From IMG/VR virus record IMGVR_UViG_3300032516_007629: 64,000 nucleotides of DNA; one strand, 5' to 3'. The position numbers and the translations under genes are program-made. Positions 19,168 to 29,687 of this stretch are shown here, in pieces (position 1 is the first letter of the stretch; each line of letters begins with the position of its first letter). Origin of the DNA: an uncultured virus (IMG/VR IMGVR_UViG_3300032516_007629) (lineage: Duplodnaviria > Heunggongvirae > Uroviricota > Caudoviricetes). The notes beneath the pieces were generated by a model, which had not been told where the DNA came from, made no database searches, and saw nothing but the letters and a program-made list of their open reading frames with translations.

Positions 19168-19662
19168 TCATATTAGTTGTCCTGCATCAAAGTGTTCGTT
19201 CTTAATACCGAGGGACACTCCGCAAGCAATCTGGCTTCCTTCGGGTGCATGTGTTGGACAAAAAGTTACACAAACACCGTCTGCATAGATGCTAGTGTAA
19301 TCTTCAGTCAATTCCACAGCACACACAGAACACGGAGCGATTTTTTGAACATATTTGAAACTACCAACACTCCAGGTAATTACTTTTTCATCTGGAAGTT
19401 CGGACAATTCTAGATGTTGCTTATATTTACCTTCCATGATCTCGTTCAGCCACGGATCTTTAGCAGGTTCACGCCCGACCAACTTTGGATTCATGGGATC
19501 AGTAAGATCATAGATCGCATCACCTTGACCATACATGAAGTATCTCTGAAACACAGAGGCTTTTTCAGCGTGTATATTGCGCTTAATCATTGCAGACACC
19601 CTGAATTGCTGCTCAGGGGTTAGATTCAAATACTCTGTGAGATTCTCTATTAAGTCGCGCAT
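19168..19662 (-). CDS. Hypothetical protein
   Basis: ORF in a run of minus-strand genes, CxxC motifs. Confidence 0.55.
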   Translation of the reverse strand: MRDLIENLTEYLNLTPEQQFRVSAMIKRNIHAEKASVFQRYFMYGQGDAIYDLTDPMNPKLVGREPAKDPWLNEIMEGKYKQHLELSELPDEKVITWSVGSFKYVQKIAPCSVCAVELTEDYTSIYADGVCVTFCPTHAPEGSQIACGVSLGIKNEHFDAGQLI

Positions 19663-19664
19663 TT

Positions 19665-20165
19665 TTACCCTCCAACTTTTGATTCATGCCGTACCACTTT
19701 TTTTTGTATCCGTGCAGCACGTTGCTTGAACTCTACCTTTTTCAGTGTGCGTTTCAGGTCTTGCATGTTGCGGGTAATCTCTTTGAGAGAGGCTTTGAGA
19801 TTGCGATTAAGCATCACAGAGGATTCTTCATCATAGGGGTAAATTCGCACCTCGACTTTCAACCCCTTAACTAACGGCAGCATGTCCTCGCTAAACACTA
19901 TGGCGATCTCTTTTTCAGAGAGGTTGTGCATCTTATAGCCTGCCTTAGGCACGGCGGATAACGTGTACGTTTTATCATCCCGAGCCGTCTTGAAATCTGG
20001 AGAATTGACAAAAAGCTCTACCTCGGCACCCTCTAGCTGCCGCTGTTGAAAGTGCTTAAAGAGCAAACCGTTCGCCGTACATTCCGCAAAAACTTGTTCC
20101 ACTTGCATCAAAGACCCCCAAAAAAATGTCAGGCGTCTTATATACTTAGAATCCATAGACTTCAA
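19665..20165 (-). CDS. Hypothetical protein with coiled-coil C-terminus
   Basis: ORF track, translationally adjacent to the next gene. Confidence 0.5.
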   Translation of the reverse strand: MKSMDSKYIRRLTFFWGSLMQVEQVFAECTANGLLFKHFQQRQLEGAEVELFVNSPDFKTARDDKTYTLSAVPKAGYKMHNLSEKEIAIVFSEDMLPLVKGLKVEVRIYPYDEESSVMLNRNLKASLKEITRNMQDLKRTLKKVEFKQRAARIQKKVVRHESKVGG

Positions 20166-20587
20166 GCCTTGGAATTTGACTATTTTTGTGCTATGTCCTA
20201 GCGGACACCGGAGGTGAAATGCTTATACTTTATTGGGTTTTGGCTTCTGCCATAGCTTTATTTATCTATGCCTCTGTGCAGTGGCGGCTGCGCCATATCA
20301 CAGCTAAGGTACGCAGCCCACTAAAGAAGCAGAAAAATCGGGTAGCTAATGTGTCTCTTCTGTCGCTAGAAGTGGGCGATCGTCTCTTAGTAGCTATGGA
20401 TGATGAGGGTGTTTTGACCGGGGAATGGGAGGAGATGGATGTCGTCTCTGTATCTGTTCTACACAACTACAGTAAGGATCCGCAAAAGCTAGATCCTTAC
20501 GTTTGTGTGGGTGTGAAGCACTCCGAGCTTATATGCTTCAATTACACCATGTACTGTGCAAACAATAGAGTGAAAATGCTGACACAT

Positions 20588-21049
20588 TCATAAAGCATCT
20601 GTCTCTGGTTCATATTCCATATCGGGCTCTTCAGCTTCAGGCAGGCTTTCCACCTCGATATCAAATGGGTAATTTTCAATATACCATTTGGTGTACGAAT
20701 CTTTTGCATCGCAGGTGATCTCTTCCACCTCGGCATAATCAGTGCCGTGGTCGTGCGCTTTCGCACCCCAAAACTCATAGGCACCGATGCCATTATTCCC
20801 CACCGACCATTTAGTGATGGAAATGTTTACCTCGTCCTCCCCCACTTCCACCGGGATCACTGCATCCGGTGTGCTGAAATGTAAAGATTCGGGTAGTTGG
20901 ATTTTTCGGAAATTCGTAGCGGCTAGCCATTCGGACAAATACTTGTCGTCTTGACGCATGCGATCCTCCTCTGCGGAAAGATCCTTGCCGCCCATATCTT
21001 TGAAGCATTTTAAAACCCAAGCGGTAGCGATGCTGCGAAGTCTGTCCAT
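20588..21049 (-). CDS. Hypothetical acidic phage protein
   Basis: ATG 21049 with AGGAG SD, GIGAYEFWG motif. Confidence 0.6.
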   Translation of the reverse strand: MDRLRSIATAWVLKCFKDMGGKDLSAEEDRMRQDDKYLSEWLAATNFRKIQLPESLHFSTPDAVIPVEVGEDEVNISITKWSVGNNGIGAYEFWGAKAHDHGTDYAEVEEITCDAKDSYTKWYIENYPFDIEVESLPEAEEPDMEYEPETDAL

Positions 21050-21074
21050 TGTAGGCTCCTGTTTGAAATTCACT

Positions 21075-23243
21075 TTATATAATATTTTTGATAGGTTGTT
21101 CCATCCATGCTTTTTCTTCTGCCGACACTTGCTTGCCGTTAAGGATTTTGCGGTAAATATCATATTTTTTCTTGATAATGCCGAGAACTTTGTCATCCCA
21201 GTTGTTGTTAGCCGCTTTAATCCAATACACGTTGACGGGGTTTGTTTGACCGATCCTATGTGTCCGGTCCTCTGCTTGGGAGATATCGGCGGGTGTCCAC
21301 GGCAGATCATTAAATATTACTTTGTCCGCTTTGGTTAGCGTAGCGCCTACGGCGAGGGATTGACGGGTGGAGACTAAAATCCTTTTAGTTCCATTTTGAA
21401 ATTCGTGTTTTGCCGCTTCCCGCACATCATCGCTTAATTGTCCGTGGTGTAGGATGGATTCCTCAGGAAAGGCATTGTGGATTTTTATAACCACGTCTAC
21501 CGAGTCAGAAAAGACCAGCATGTTAGATTCGGAGGAGTCCAACATCTCTTTTATAAACTCAATTGTGGCATTAGCTTTAGCTAGCGACACGTCCGCTTTC
21601 ATAGCGGCGATTTCTTCAAAAGGGATTTTTTTAGTGAAGTCTGGGCAAGGGACGACTTCTAGCTCAATGATTTGTGTGGTCTTAGTAGGCAGATCTTTCA
21701 GCACTTCATGCTTCGCCTTCGTTTTGTAGATCTCTTGGATCTTATGCCACGTCCCGCCGATAGTAGCATATTTGAGGTCTCGTTTGCTTGTGAAAAATCC
21801 TGGACGGATCAAGTCGATTTGCGTGTATAATTCGTCCTTTTTATTCTTGATTGCGGTACCGCTAAGCAGGATCTTATGCGCAAATAGAGGTCCTAGCGCA
21901 CGGACGGTTTTTGTAATAAGTGCTTTTTCGCTTTTGATATTATGACTTTCATCAATGATGATAAGATCAAAGCCAGCTTTTTCAATGGCAGGTTTAAATT
22001 TATCGAGCGATGCAAAATTGACGGAGGCAACCTTAACCTTCGTAAGATCAGGAAGTCCGAATTTTTTTAAGTTTTTTGGCGTGAGTTCCACCGTATTTTT
22101 ATCGTTGAACACGGTTGGGTAGAATTTTTTCGCTTCCTGAATCCATGTCCGGCGAACAACTTTAGGACACACGACTAAAATACGTTTGTTGCGGATCGCT
22201 GCCCATGACAGTGAGATAAACGTCTTACCTAGTCCCATCTCTGCACCGATGAGGCATTGACCATTTGTGGAATCAATAAACCGGATAAATTCGTTTTGAA
22301 AAGGGAAAGGTACAAAGTCAGGGTCAAGCAATTTCGTGACTTCAGCTATGGGAGCCGTCAGCTTTGCTTGCGCTTGATCGAGTGCTACACGTTCAGCGGC
22401 AAGGTCGTCCGTAAAGATAGTCCAATCAGGAATGATAGCAGTAGCCTTTTGAAGGATTTCTTCAGCTAAAGCTAAATTGTCCGTCACTCGTGCCCATGCA
22501 CCATAAATGTCCACCTCCTCTGCACTAGGGGCGATCACTTCAACTATGCCGGAGATTTGTCCGGTTTTGTTGCTCAGGAGGTTGTTTAAAGCGGAGGAAT
22601 ATGAAAAACGAAAGCAATATTTGCCATTCACTTTATGACAAACAAAAAGCTCACGGTCCTGTTTGCTGTTCAGCCGATCAAGGGCTTTTTGCAGTGTTAT
22701 CGGCTGAGAAGTAAGTTTTGTCACCGCTGCCGCAAGATTCGGGATATCATTCACAACAAACCCTAGCGCGGTGATTTCGGCTTTATAAGCGCTAAAATCA
22801 AACTTTGACAGGTTAACGCTAGGGACATAATTGCGATCCAGAGATCTATCCCACCACAAACCCAAGTGCTTGCTCGCTGCAACATACTTAGCGCGGATAA
22901 GCGCAGGTATCGCACCTTCATGCTGCATGACAAGAGATGCACCATATCGAGCGTCAAGCACAATGAAAGTAGGGGTGATGGTGATATTGCTCACCACCGC
23001 AACAGTCATTTGCTCATCTGCCGCATAGGTACCCTCAACGGCTGCACGAGCATCTTCCCCAAACACCGGGAGAAGCTGCGTCTTTAAATACTTCTTAAGC
23101 GTGGCTGCCATCTGCTGAGCATGACCGCGAACCCTCGGCCAACCAAGGTAGTCGCCTTGATTAAACCCGGCGTGATTGCGCTCTTGTACCTGATCGATAT
23201 TGTACAGGTAGTCGCCCATTTTAATCAGTAATTGGATCATCAA
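21075..23243 (-). CDS. SNF2/HARP-like SF2 helicase
   Basis: EMGLGKT, VVCP, IIDESH, LSGT, QAEDRTHRIGQ. Confidence 0.93.
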   Translation of the reverse strand: MMIQLLIKMGDYLYNIDQVQERNHAGFNQGDYLGWPRVRGHAQQMAATLKKYLKTQLLPVFGEDARAAVEGTYAADEQMTVAVVSNITITPTFIVLDARYGASLVMQHEGAIPALIRAKYVAASKHLGLWWDRSLDRNYVPSVNLSKFDFSAYKAEITALGFVVNDIPNLAAAVTKLTSQPITLQKALDRLNSKQDRELFVCHKVNGKYCFRFSYSSALNNLLSNKTGQISGIVEVIAPSAEEVDIYGAWARVTDNLALAEEILQKATAIIPDWTIFTDDLAAERVALDQAQAKLTAPIAEVTKLLDPDFVPFPFQNEFIRFIDSTNGQCLIGAEMGLGKTFISLSWAAIRNKRILVVCPKVVRRTWIQEAKKFYPTVFNDKNTVELTPKNLKKFGLPDLTKVKVASVNFASLDKFKPAIEKAGFDLIIIDESHNIKSEKALITKTVRALGPLFAHKILLSGTAIKNKKDELYTQIDLIRPGFFTSKRDLKYATIGGTWHKIQEIYKTKAKHEVLKDLPTKTTQIIELEVVPCPDFTKKIPFEEIAAMKADVSLAKANATIEFIKEMLDSSESNMLVFSDSVDVVIKIHNAFPEESILHHGQLSDDVREAAKHEFQNGTKRILVSTRQSLAVGATLTKADKVIFNDLPWTPADISQAEDRTHRIGQTNPVNVYWIKAANNNWDDKVLGIIKKKYDIYRKILNGKQVSAEEKAWMEQPIKNII

Positions 23244-23270
23244 AAAGCCTCCTCGCTAGTGACATATCCC

Positions 23271-23297
23271 TTATCGGCATAACACCAGAAAGCTTTA
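23271..23297 (-). promoter_or_regulatory. sigma28 (FliA/SigD)-type promoter
   Basis: TAAAGCTT-11 nt-GCCGATAA on the minus strand, then GAGGAGG SD. Confidence 0.75.
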
Positions 23298-23408
23298 GCC
23301 GGTAAGCTATAACCCATTAAATTTATTAGGATTTATTTTAAAAGTGCGGATTGCTTTTCTTGTAAAATTCCAGTATAGTGGGGGTACACTTTCTGGAGGG
23401 TTAACACT

Positions 23409-25583
23409 ATGCAACACGTCAAAATTCGTAATGATTTATTCCTTGTACAGCATTCACCTGCCAAGGCTAAGCGTTCGGCACCTGTAAGCACTAATCATTT
23501 GTGGTTATTTGATCGTTCGGGTTCTATGTATGGATTATTGCATAGTTTGATCCACGATTTGAAGGGTCTTGTCCGCACTTTAAAGCCTAGCGACACGGTG
23601 ACTCTTGGGTGGTTTTCCGGTCCTCGGGAGTACAATTATATTGTAAAGGGTTTTAAAATTGCGAACGATGCGGACTACGTTACGTTAGATAAGATGCTTG
23701 ACAAGCATGCTTCCACTGTCGGCATGACTTGTTTTTCTGAGATCCTTGCGAGTACGAAGCAGGTAATTGAAGACTTAAGTGTTTTCTCCAAAACGTTTTC
23801 GCTAGTTTTTTTAACGGATGGATATCCCACGGTACCTTCATACAATAAGGAGGTGGAGACTATTTTCAAAGCGGTTACAGACATTAGGGGATCGATTTCA
23901 TCGGCTTTGCTTGTCGGCTATGGGAACTATTACAATCGCCCTTTGATGACTGATATCTCGGAGCGGTTAGGTGCGGCGTTAACTCATTCCGAGGGGATTA
24001 AAGATTTTCGCAGTGCTGTAGACGGTTTTTTAAAGGATTCTGGAAAGAGTGCAAAGGTAAAGGTAGCCTTGGATATCCCTTATGCTAAGGGCACTTCTAA
24101 GTATCCTGTGGCTTTTTCCATTGCTGAGAGCGGTGTCAATATTCTTGCTCAGGACACTGGTGTTGTTTATGCGCCTGAAGGAGCAGAGGTATATGTTTTA
24201 TCAAATGTGCGCCCTGCGAGTAGTGCAGAGATTACTCCTCGGGAAAAGGATGTAAGGCACAGTAGTGATCTTGAGGACCTTATAAAGGGTGTTTACGGTG
24301 CCTCTTATATCTTGTGCCAGTTAGGTAAGACTGATCAAGCCATGGAGGCATTGGCGACCTTAGGCGATGTGTATTTGATTGATGCTTTAACGAATGCTTA
24401 TACGCCGTCAGAGTATGGTGTAGCTGAGAAAAAGATCCTCCATGCGATCAATGATCCTGATGGACGTTACTTCAAGGGATGGAAGAAAAACTATTTACCT
24501 CCAGTAGATGCTTATTGTTTGTTAGATGTTCTAGATGAACTTTTAGATGATGGTAAGGCGCTCTTTTACCCTTACCACAAATCCTTTGATTATAAGCGTA
24601 TTGGTGTAAAGGCAGAAGCTTCGGAGGATACGCCTAAGTTTCGTGCAGATCCGGTAGGTGTTCCTATTTCTTCTTTAGTTTGGAATTCAACTAAGCTCAA
24701 TTTAAGTGTAGCGGCTAGGATTACTGGTAAGATCCATTTAATCGGCGAAGCTAGTAAATATGGTTTCAGTGACGACTATCCGACATGGGTACATCGCAAT
24801 TATGCGCTAGTCAAAGACGGATTCCTCAATGTTAAAACCTTGCCTGTATCGCTATCTGAAGAAACCTTTACTAGCCTTCGCTCTAGAGGTTTGATTGATT
24901 CCACAGAGCGTTATATTCCTGACGGAATATATGATCTTCATTTAGATGTTGTGCCGGTTATTAATAGGGCAATGGCGGAAGGGAAAACTTCTGCCACTGA
25001 GCTTGCGGATAAAGTGCGTAAAGAGTACGAGCTTAAAGGCATCTTAAAGTCTTTGAAGTATTTCAAAGACGAGGAAGTGGGAGACGATACCGAAAAGGTG
25101 GGTGTCTTTGCATCACTTAATGATGAGCAGATTGCTTTCTTAGAATCAAATCATATCGGTAAGAATGGCTTTTCACCTAAGGTGGCTAAAGGTGAGAGCA
25201 CGGATTTCTATTACGCTAAATCCTTTGAGATCAAAGTGAAGGGTCTTTCTTCTTTTCCAAAGGTAAGTGATGTGCAGGATAAAATTAAGGCAGGGAAGAA
25301 GCTGACAGTGGCGGACACCTTTGTTCATGCCGGAATTGACCTATACGAAAAAAGCGGTATGCAAAAGCAGGAGAAGGAAGTGCGCGTGGCGTGGTTGACA
25401 ATTAAAATTGCTAGCCTGCTTAAAGAGCAGCGAGCAGTGTCGCGTGCCATCCAGGAAACTAAGTTTGCTGTACTGCTAGCTAAATCGTGGTTTAAAGAGT
25501 TTCAAACAAGGGAAGATAACGTACTCACAGTTGGGGACCTAACCTACACGTTTGCCCTTAGAGAAGTGAAAGAGGATTTTTGA
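23409..25583 (+). CDS. von Willebrand factor A domain protein
   Basis: FDRSGSM MIDAS and FLTDG. TTGCTT-17-TATAGT promoter upstream. Confidence 0.85.
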   Translation: MQHVKIRNDLFLVQHSPAKAKRSAPVSTNHLWLFDRSGSMYGLLHSLIHDLKGLVRTLKPSDTVTLGWFSGPREYNYIVKGFKIANDADYVTLDKMLDKHASTVGMTCFSEILASTKQVIEDLSVFSKTFSLVFLTDGYPTVPSYNKEVETIFKAVTDIRGSISSALLVGYGNYYNRPLMTDISERLGAALTHSEGIKDFRSAVDGFLKDSGKSAKVKVALDIPYAKGTSKYPVAFSIAESGVNILAQDTGVVYAPEGAEVYVLSNVRPASSAEITPREKDVRHSSDLEDLIKGVYGASYILCQLGKTDQAMEALATLGDVYLIDALTNAYTPSEYGVAEKKILHAINDPDGRYFKGWKKNYLPPVDAYCLLDVLDELLDDGKALFYPYHKSFDYKRIGVKAEASEDTPKFRADPVGVPISSLVWNSTKLNLSVAARITGKIHLIGEASKYGFSDDYPTWVHRNYALVKDGFLNVKTLPVSLSEETFTSLRSRGLIDSTERYIPDGIYDLHLDVVPVINRAMAEGKTSATELADKVRKEYELKGILKSLKYFKDEEVGDDTEKVGVFASLNDEQIAFLESNHIGKNGFSPKVAKGESTDFYYAKSFEIKVKGLSSFPKVSDVQDKIKAGKKLTVADTFVHAGIDLYEKSGMQKQEKEVRVAWLTIKIASLLKEQRAVSRAIQETKFAVLLAKSWFKEFQTREDNVLTVGDLTYTFALREVKEDF

Positions 25584-25882
25584 TGATTAAGACACTTCTC
25601 GTTGGAGCTACGATACAATTAGTAGCTCCAGCAGATAAAGGTTGGGCAGTCAATAAAGAAGGTCCTTGGCATTTGCAGATTTCAAACGTTGAAAATTTGA
25701 AATTAAAAGAAGCTCAGCTAAAACTTTCTATGCCCGGTTATGTGCTTACCTTTGAGGAGTTGAAAACGTCCTCATTTAGCTACAAAATGGAAGCATATTA
25801 TTGCACCCCAAATCACTCCTTGTGCGAGCGAAAAGTATTTTCAGGGAAAGTGTTGACAGACCACGGAAAATTGCTAAAGTGA
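25580..25882 (+). CDS. Hypothetical protein with Cys pair (DsbD-N-like, weak)
   Basis: NKEGPW...YYCTPNHSLCE. Confidence 0.35.
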   Translation: MMIKTLLVGATIQLVAPADKGWAVNKEGPWHLQISNVENLKLKEAQLKLSMPGYVLTFEELKTSSFSYKMEAYYCTPNHSLCERKVFSGKVLTDHGKLLK

Positions 25883-26137
25883 TCCGTCTTGGTCTTTTAA
25901 AGTCAGTTGTTCCTGGCTGAGACATTGGATTTTAATCCAATGTCTCAATTTCCCCTACCTGAACCTCATTTAAATTCCAAAAAATTTCTTGGTTGTTTTC
26001 CAAGTCTACTATCCGCACGTCTTGATCTCGTAGTTCCATAATTATTTCTTCGGTAATCTCTTGTACGAAGTGGAGTGTCTCCTCGTATATGAGGAGATAT
26101 TTAGGGTCTGTGAAGCCTAGGGGTAGGGTGATTTGGC

Positions 26138-26431
26138 TCATCCAGGATAGCCTGCACTGAGGAGTGCGACTTTTTCTAGTTGTGTGATGAGTGTGACGCC
26201 GGGTAGCAGTGTACCGGAGGGATTAGTGACTCGTTGTCCGTTGGTATTAAAAAGTTGGACTGTGGAATCTTGGAAGGTAACAACGAAATAGGGACCGACA
26301 TAAAAAGCATTCAGGGGATGTGTAGCTGTCGTATTAAGGTTCATCTCGGATATGGATCCGTCCATACCGTTATAGGTGTCGTATACGGATACTCCTGTAA
26401 TAAAGCGCTGGGTAGTATTTAGTGCCACCAT
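26138..26431 (-). CDS. Hypothetical protein (possibly structural)
   Basis: GGAGG SD, divergent from 26496 across a palindrome. Confidence 0.55.
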   Translation of the reverse strand: MVALNTTQRFITGVSVYDTYNGMDGSISEMNLNTTATHPLNAFYVGPYFVVTFQDSTVQLFNTNGQRVTNPSGTLLPGVTLITQLEKVALLSAGYPG

Positions 26432-26495
26432 TCCTCCTTTTTAATATAATCTGTTCTAAAGATTATATTAAAGGTTTTACAACAAGGAGGTATAA

Positions 26496-26777
26496 ATGGC
26501 ACTTACATTTTTGAATAAAAGAACGGTTGATTACCATGATGTTAATGGTGTTGGTTCTTTTACTGTTGACGTGGAATATGTTCCTAACTTTATTGCAGTT
26601 GATTTTCATGACGTACAAAAACTTGCAGGTGAGGATGTCTTATCTTGGGACTTAGTGACTACCATGAATGGTTATCAGCTCACGGTAAACTACACGACGA
26701 ACTACACTCGTAAGATTAAAACAGTAATCGCAAAACTAGCAAAGGATCCTGAACAAACTATCAGCTTTGGGGCGTAA
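26496..26777 (+). CDS. Hypothetical protein (possibly structural)
   Basis: AAGGAGG SD. Confidence 0.65.
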   Translation: MALTFLNKRTVDYHDVNGVGSFTVDVEYVPNFIAVDFHDVQKLAGEDVLSWDLVTTMNGYQLTVNYTTNYTRKIKTVIAKLAKDPEQTISFGA

Positions 26778-27057
26778 AACATGAAACCAGAACTAGGGGA
26801 TAGGTCACATTGCCTTATTGAAACAGAAGGTGGTGCATGGGTAACGGGTAAGGATAGTGTTTCTATTCCGTTTAGACACAGACCGCGCTGTCCTCAAGCA
26901 TGGTTTGATGATCCTCCGGGTTGTGGTCCTCAACCTTGTCATGGCGATGTAGTATTTGCAGAAGCTATCAATATGGGGCATCACTTTCGTCCTAGGTGGT
27001 TTTTAAAAATCTACTGGGAAGTAAAGCACGGCGTCAGATTGATTAGATGGAGCACGG

Positions 27058-27999
27058 ATTAATTTAGTATGTATAGCTCCTAAAGATGAAACAGGCGTAA
27101 GCGATTACGCCTGTGCTCTTTTGCCTCACCTTCGCCCATCGAGTTTGTATACCCCAAACGATATTTGTTCGGCTCCTACAAACGCGGTAGTGTATATTGA
27201 GCACCAATATGCTTTATATAGTGATCAGGAGAAGTGGATTTCTGCTTTGCGCAGGATGCGAAATCCTTTTGTAAAAATGCATTGTGTATATCCTGATCCA
27301 CTTATATTAAAAGGTAAACTAGAAACTCCTGAGTATATCGATGCGATGAAGAATATCATTGTACATACTGAGGAGTCTAAAGAGGTACTATTAAGGCGAG
27401 GTGTTAAAGCTAACGTTTATGTAATCCCTCATGGGTGTCCGGAGTATTCGCAACAAGGCTCTATCCCGAGCGAGCCTAGAATATTTTCATTTGGTTTTGG
27501 CTTGCGCTATAAGGGCATAGAGATAGCGGTCAAAACTGTAAAAAACCTATTACCAGAATTTCCTACACTCTCTTACCTAGGAGTGTTTGGAGAAAAATCC
27601 GTGCCTGCTAAGTACTATTTAAAAGATATTAAAATATTAGCCACAGGCAATTTTACCTTTTTAGATTACCAACCACTAGACGAGTTAAAGGAGCTAGCGC
27701 AAACATGTTCGCTTGCACTTTTCCCTTATGTCGGAGAGGTGTATGGATCTAGTGGTGCAGTACGCTTAGCTATGGCTTGGGGACTACCTGTAGTGACTAG
27801 TAAAGCATCTCTTTTTGATGCTCTAAAAGGGGTGGTGTTGCAAGGGGATATTGAGAATAATGTGCGGAATATACTAAGAGAGTATCCGACAAGTCAGGTA
27901 AAGAGGCAGAAAAATTTTATTGAAAATCATAGCTGGAAAAGTGTGGCGGCGGAGCATTTAAAATTATTTGGTGCCAATGAGATTCCTGTGGAGATTTGA
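27058..27999 (+). CDS. GT-B (GT4-like) glycosyltransferase, probable ATT start
   Basis: TGVSDYA N-terminal motif, VIPHG, FGFGLRYKGIE, SSGAVRLAMAWGLPVVTS. Confidence 0.85.
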   Translation: MNLVCIAPKDETGVSDYACALLPHLRPSSLYTPNDICSAPTNAVVYIEHQYALYSDQEKWISALRRMRNPFVKMHCVYPDPLILKGKLETPEYIDAMKNIIVHTEESKEVLLRRGVKANVYVIPHGCPEYSQQGSIPSEPRIFSFGFGLRYKGIEIAVKTVKNLLPEFPTLSYLGVFGEKSVPAKYYLKDIKILATGNFTFLDYQPLDELKELAQTCSLALFPYVGEVYGSSGAVRLAMAWGLPVVTSKASLFDALKGVVLQGDIENNVRNILREYPTSQVKRQKNFIENHSWKSVAAEHLKLFGANEIPVEI

Positions 28000-28005
28000 A
28001 AAGCG

Positions 28006-28455
28006 TCAATCTTCGTAGTCTGCATACTCCTTGAAGGAGTTGGGATCTGCGTCAATCACATCAAAAATGATGTCCGACTTATCAAACTTGACGCCTTCGA
28101 TTTTCTTCCATGAATAGCCGCCCCCTGTCTCATACAAACTATGCGGAACGTCGATAGTGACGACGCCTTCTTCCAATTGGATGATGCAGTAGACGTGGAC
28201 CTCGTAGTTGCTACTTATCGTAGTCATGCGGGTATCTACGTGGTGCTTATAAAGCACGTCTAAGATCTGGTCTGCGATAAGGTGACAGATACCTCCAGAC
28301 CCCACCTCGTGATCATAGCCTTCGTCATCAAGCGCCCAATCGTCGTAGACTTTTTGAGCGGCTTTCGCCATGTCTGGTGCGAGTCTCTCGACATGCTTTA
28401 GGCTAGGGAGGTTGGAACTTATGATATATTTCGCCTGAACCCTATCCTTAAACAT
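28006..28455 (-). CDS. Hypothetical protein with FKxRVxxKY motif
   Basis: MFKDRVQAKYIISS, GGICHLIAD. Confidence 0.65.
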   Translation of the reverse strand: MFKDRVQAKYIISSNLPSLKHVERLAPDMAKAAQKVYDDWALDDEGYDHEVGSGGICHLIADQILDVLYKHHVDTRMTTISSNYEVHVYCIIQLEEGVVTIDVPHSLYETGGGYSWKKIEGVKFDKSDIIFDVIDADPNSFKEYADYED

Positions 28456-28464
28456 AGTTTTTCC

Positions 28465-29508
28465 TTACTTTGTAACCTTTTTAACCCAAGCTAGTAGCTC
28501 AGGGTTTTTTGTAGTCAAAGCTACTGAGAATACTTCTGCCCAGTATTCGGTGTTCCTTGTTTTCGCATAATCTGAAACATCGAAAACATCTCTATTAGCT
28601 TTATCTCCACCCACTTTTTCCCAGTACTCTATAAACTCGCCACCTGTACCTTTACCTGTCTTACCGTTGTCGTCAAAACTAACTTTATATTTCCATTTTC
28701 CTCGACTGTATTCCGGCGCAAGAATGGTGTATTCTTTTCCGTCTGTAGGACTCTTGACTATATCCCCTACTTTAAGACGTTCACGCTTATCCACCACTTC
28801 ATTATATTTTGCGTTGTTGGCAGCTTGATCCACTTTGAATTTATAATATTGCCTATGTCCAAGTTCGTGAATAAAACTACTGATAATTTGCGGCTCACTT
28901 TGATCGCCTTTAAAACGCACTTGATCAGTATCTACATTGTAATCCGCCTTCACCGTACTCTTCATCGCACTACCAATTAAGAAAACTTCCCCGTAAATGA
29001 GATGCCCAAAACCTGCGGCTCTTACAATAGCAGCAGCTTTCTTTATACCTGCTAATACGATGCTGCTGTGCTTTACACTATCTACGTGCAGGATTTTCAT
29101 CCCTTCCACATCTACTGCATCTTCTACCGAGGCATCTTTCAACTCGGGAAAAAGCTTTTGAAAAGTAGAAAGACTCAAGCCTTCTTTTTTAAGAAGTAAA
29201 GTAGATAGCTCTTTAGGAGTCACTGAGGGTAGGTTTTTCTTAAGAAACCCTTTTTCACCCGCATAGCGCAGAAGTAACACAATCATTTTCTGGGCATCTA
29301 AGCCCGCCTCTAAATGGTGTAACACTTGAGCCGAGATGACCTTGTTTGCTTTAAAAAGTAGTACCCAGTAAGTACCATCCTTCTTAGGAGCAATGGCTAT
29401 AGAAGCTCCCCCTCTAGCAGGGTAGAGATAAGTAATACCTAGATGTTGATGGTAACGAGAAACACGAGCGACTACATCATATTTATTATGTACTTGTTTT
29501 TTAAACAT
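28465..29508 (-). CDS. Zincin-like metallopeptidase (HExxH), putative virion-packaged protein
   Basis: FIHELGHR...SDYAKTRNTEYWAEVF, N-terminal MFKKQVHNKYDVVA motif. Confidence 0.7.
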   Translation of the reverse strand: MFKKQVHNKYDVVARVSRYHQHLGITYLYPARGGASIAIAPKKDGTYWVLLFKANKVISAQVLHHLEAGLDAQKMIVLLLRYAGEKGFLKKNLPSVTPKELSTLLLKKEGLSLSTFQKLFPELKDASVEDAVDVEGMKILHVDSVKHSSIVLAGIKKAAAIVRAAGFGHLIYGEVFLIGSAMKSTVKADYNVDTDQVRFKGDQSEPQIISSFIHELGHRQYYKFKVDQAANNAKYNEVVDKRERLKVGDIVKSPTDGKEYTILAPEYSRGKWKYKVSFDDNGKTGKGTGGEFIEYWEKVGGDKANRDVFDVSDYAKTRNTEYWAEVFSVALTTKNPELLAWVKKVTK

Positions 29509-29687
29509 GTACATAATCTTACTGCTAAGCACCTAGTAAGGACAGTCATCGACGCCCCCTAGATGAAATAGGCTCAGCCAACTCTTTAAAAAGCATAGGA
29601 GGACCGACAATGGTATTGCAACAATACCAGAACCCTTTTATCAGGATTCTTTTAGTCCCCTCCACACTTCCACAACGAGGACATGAA

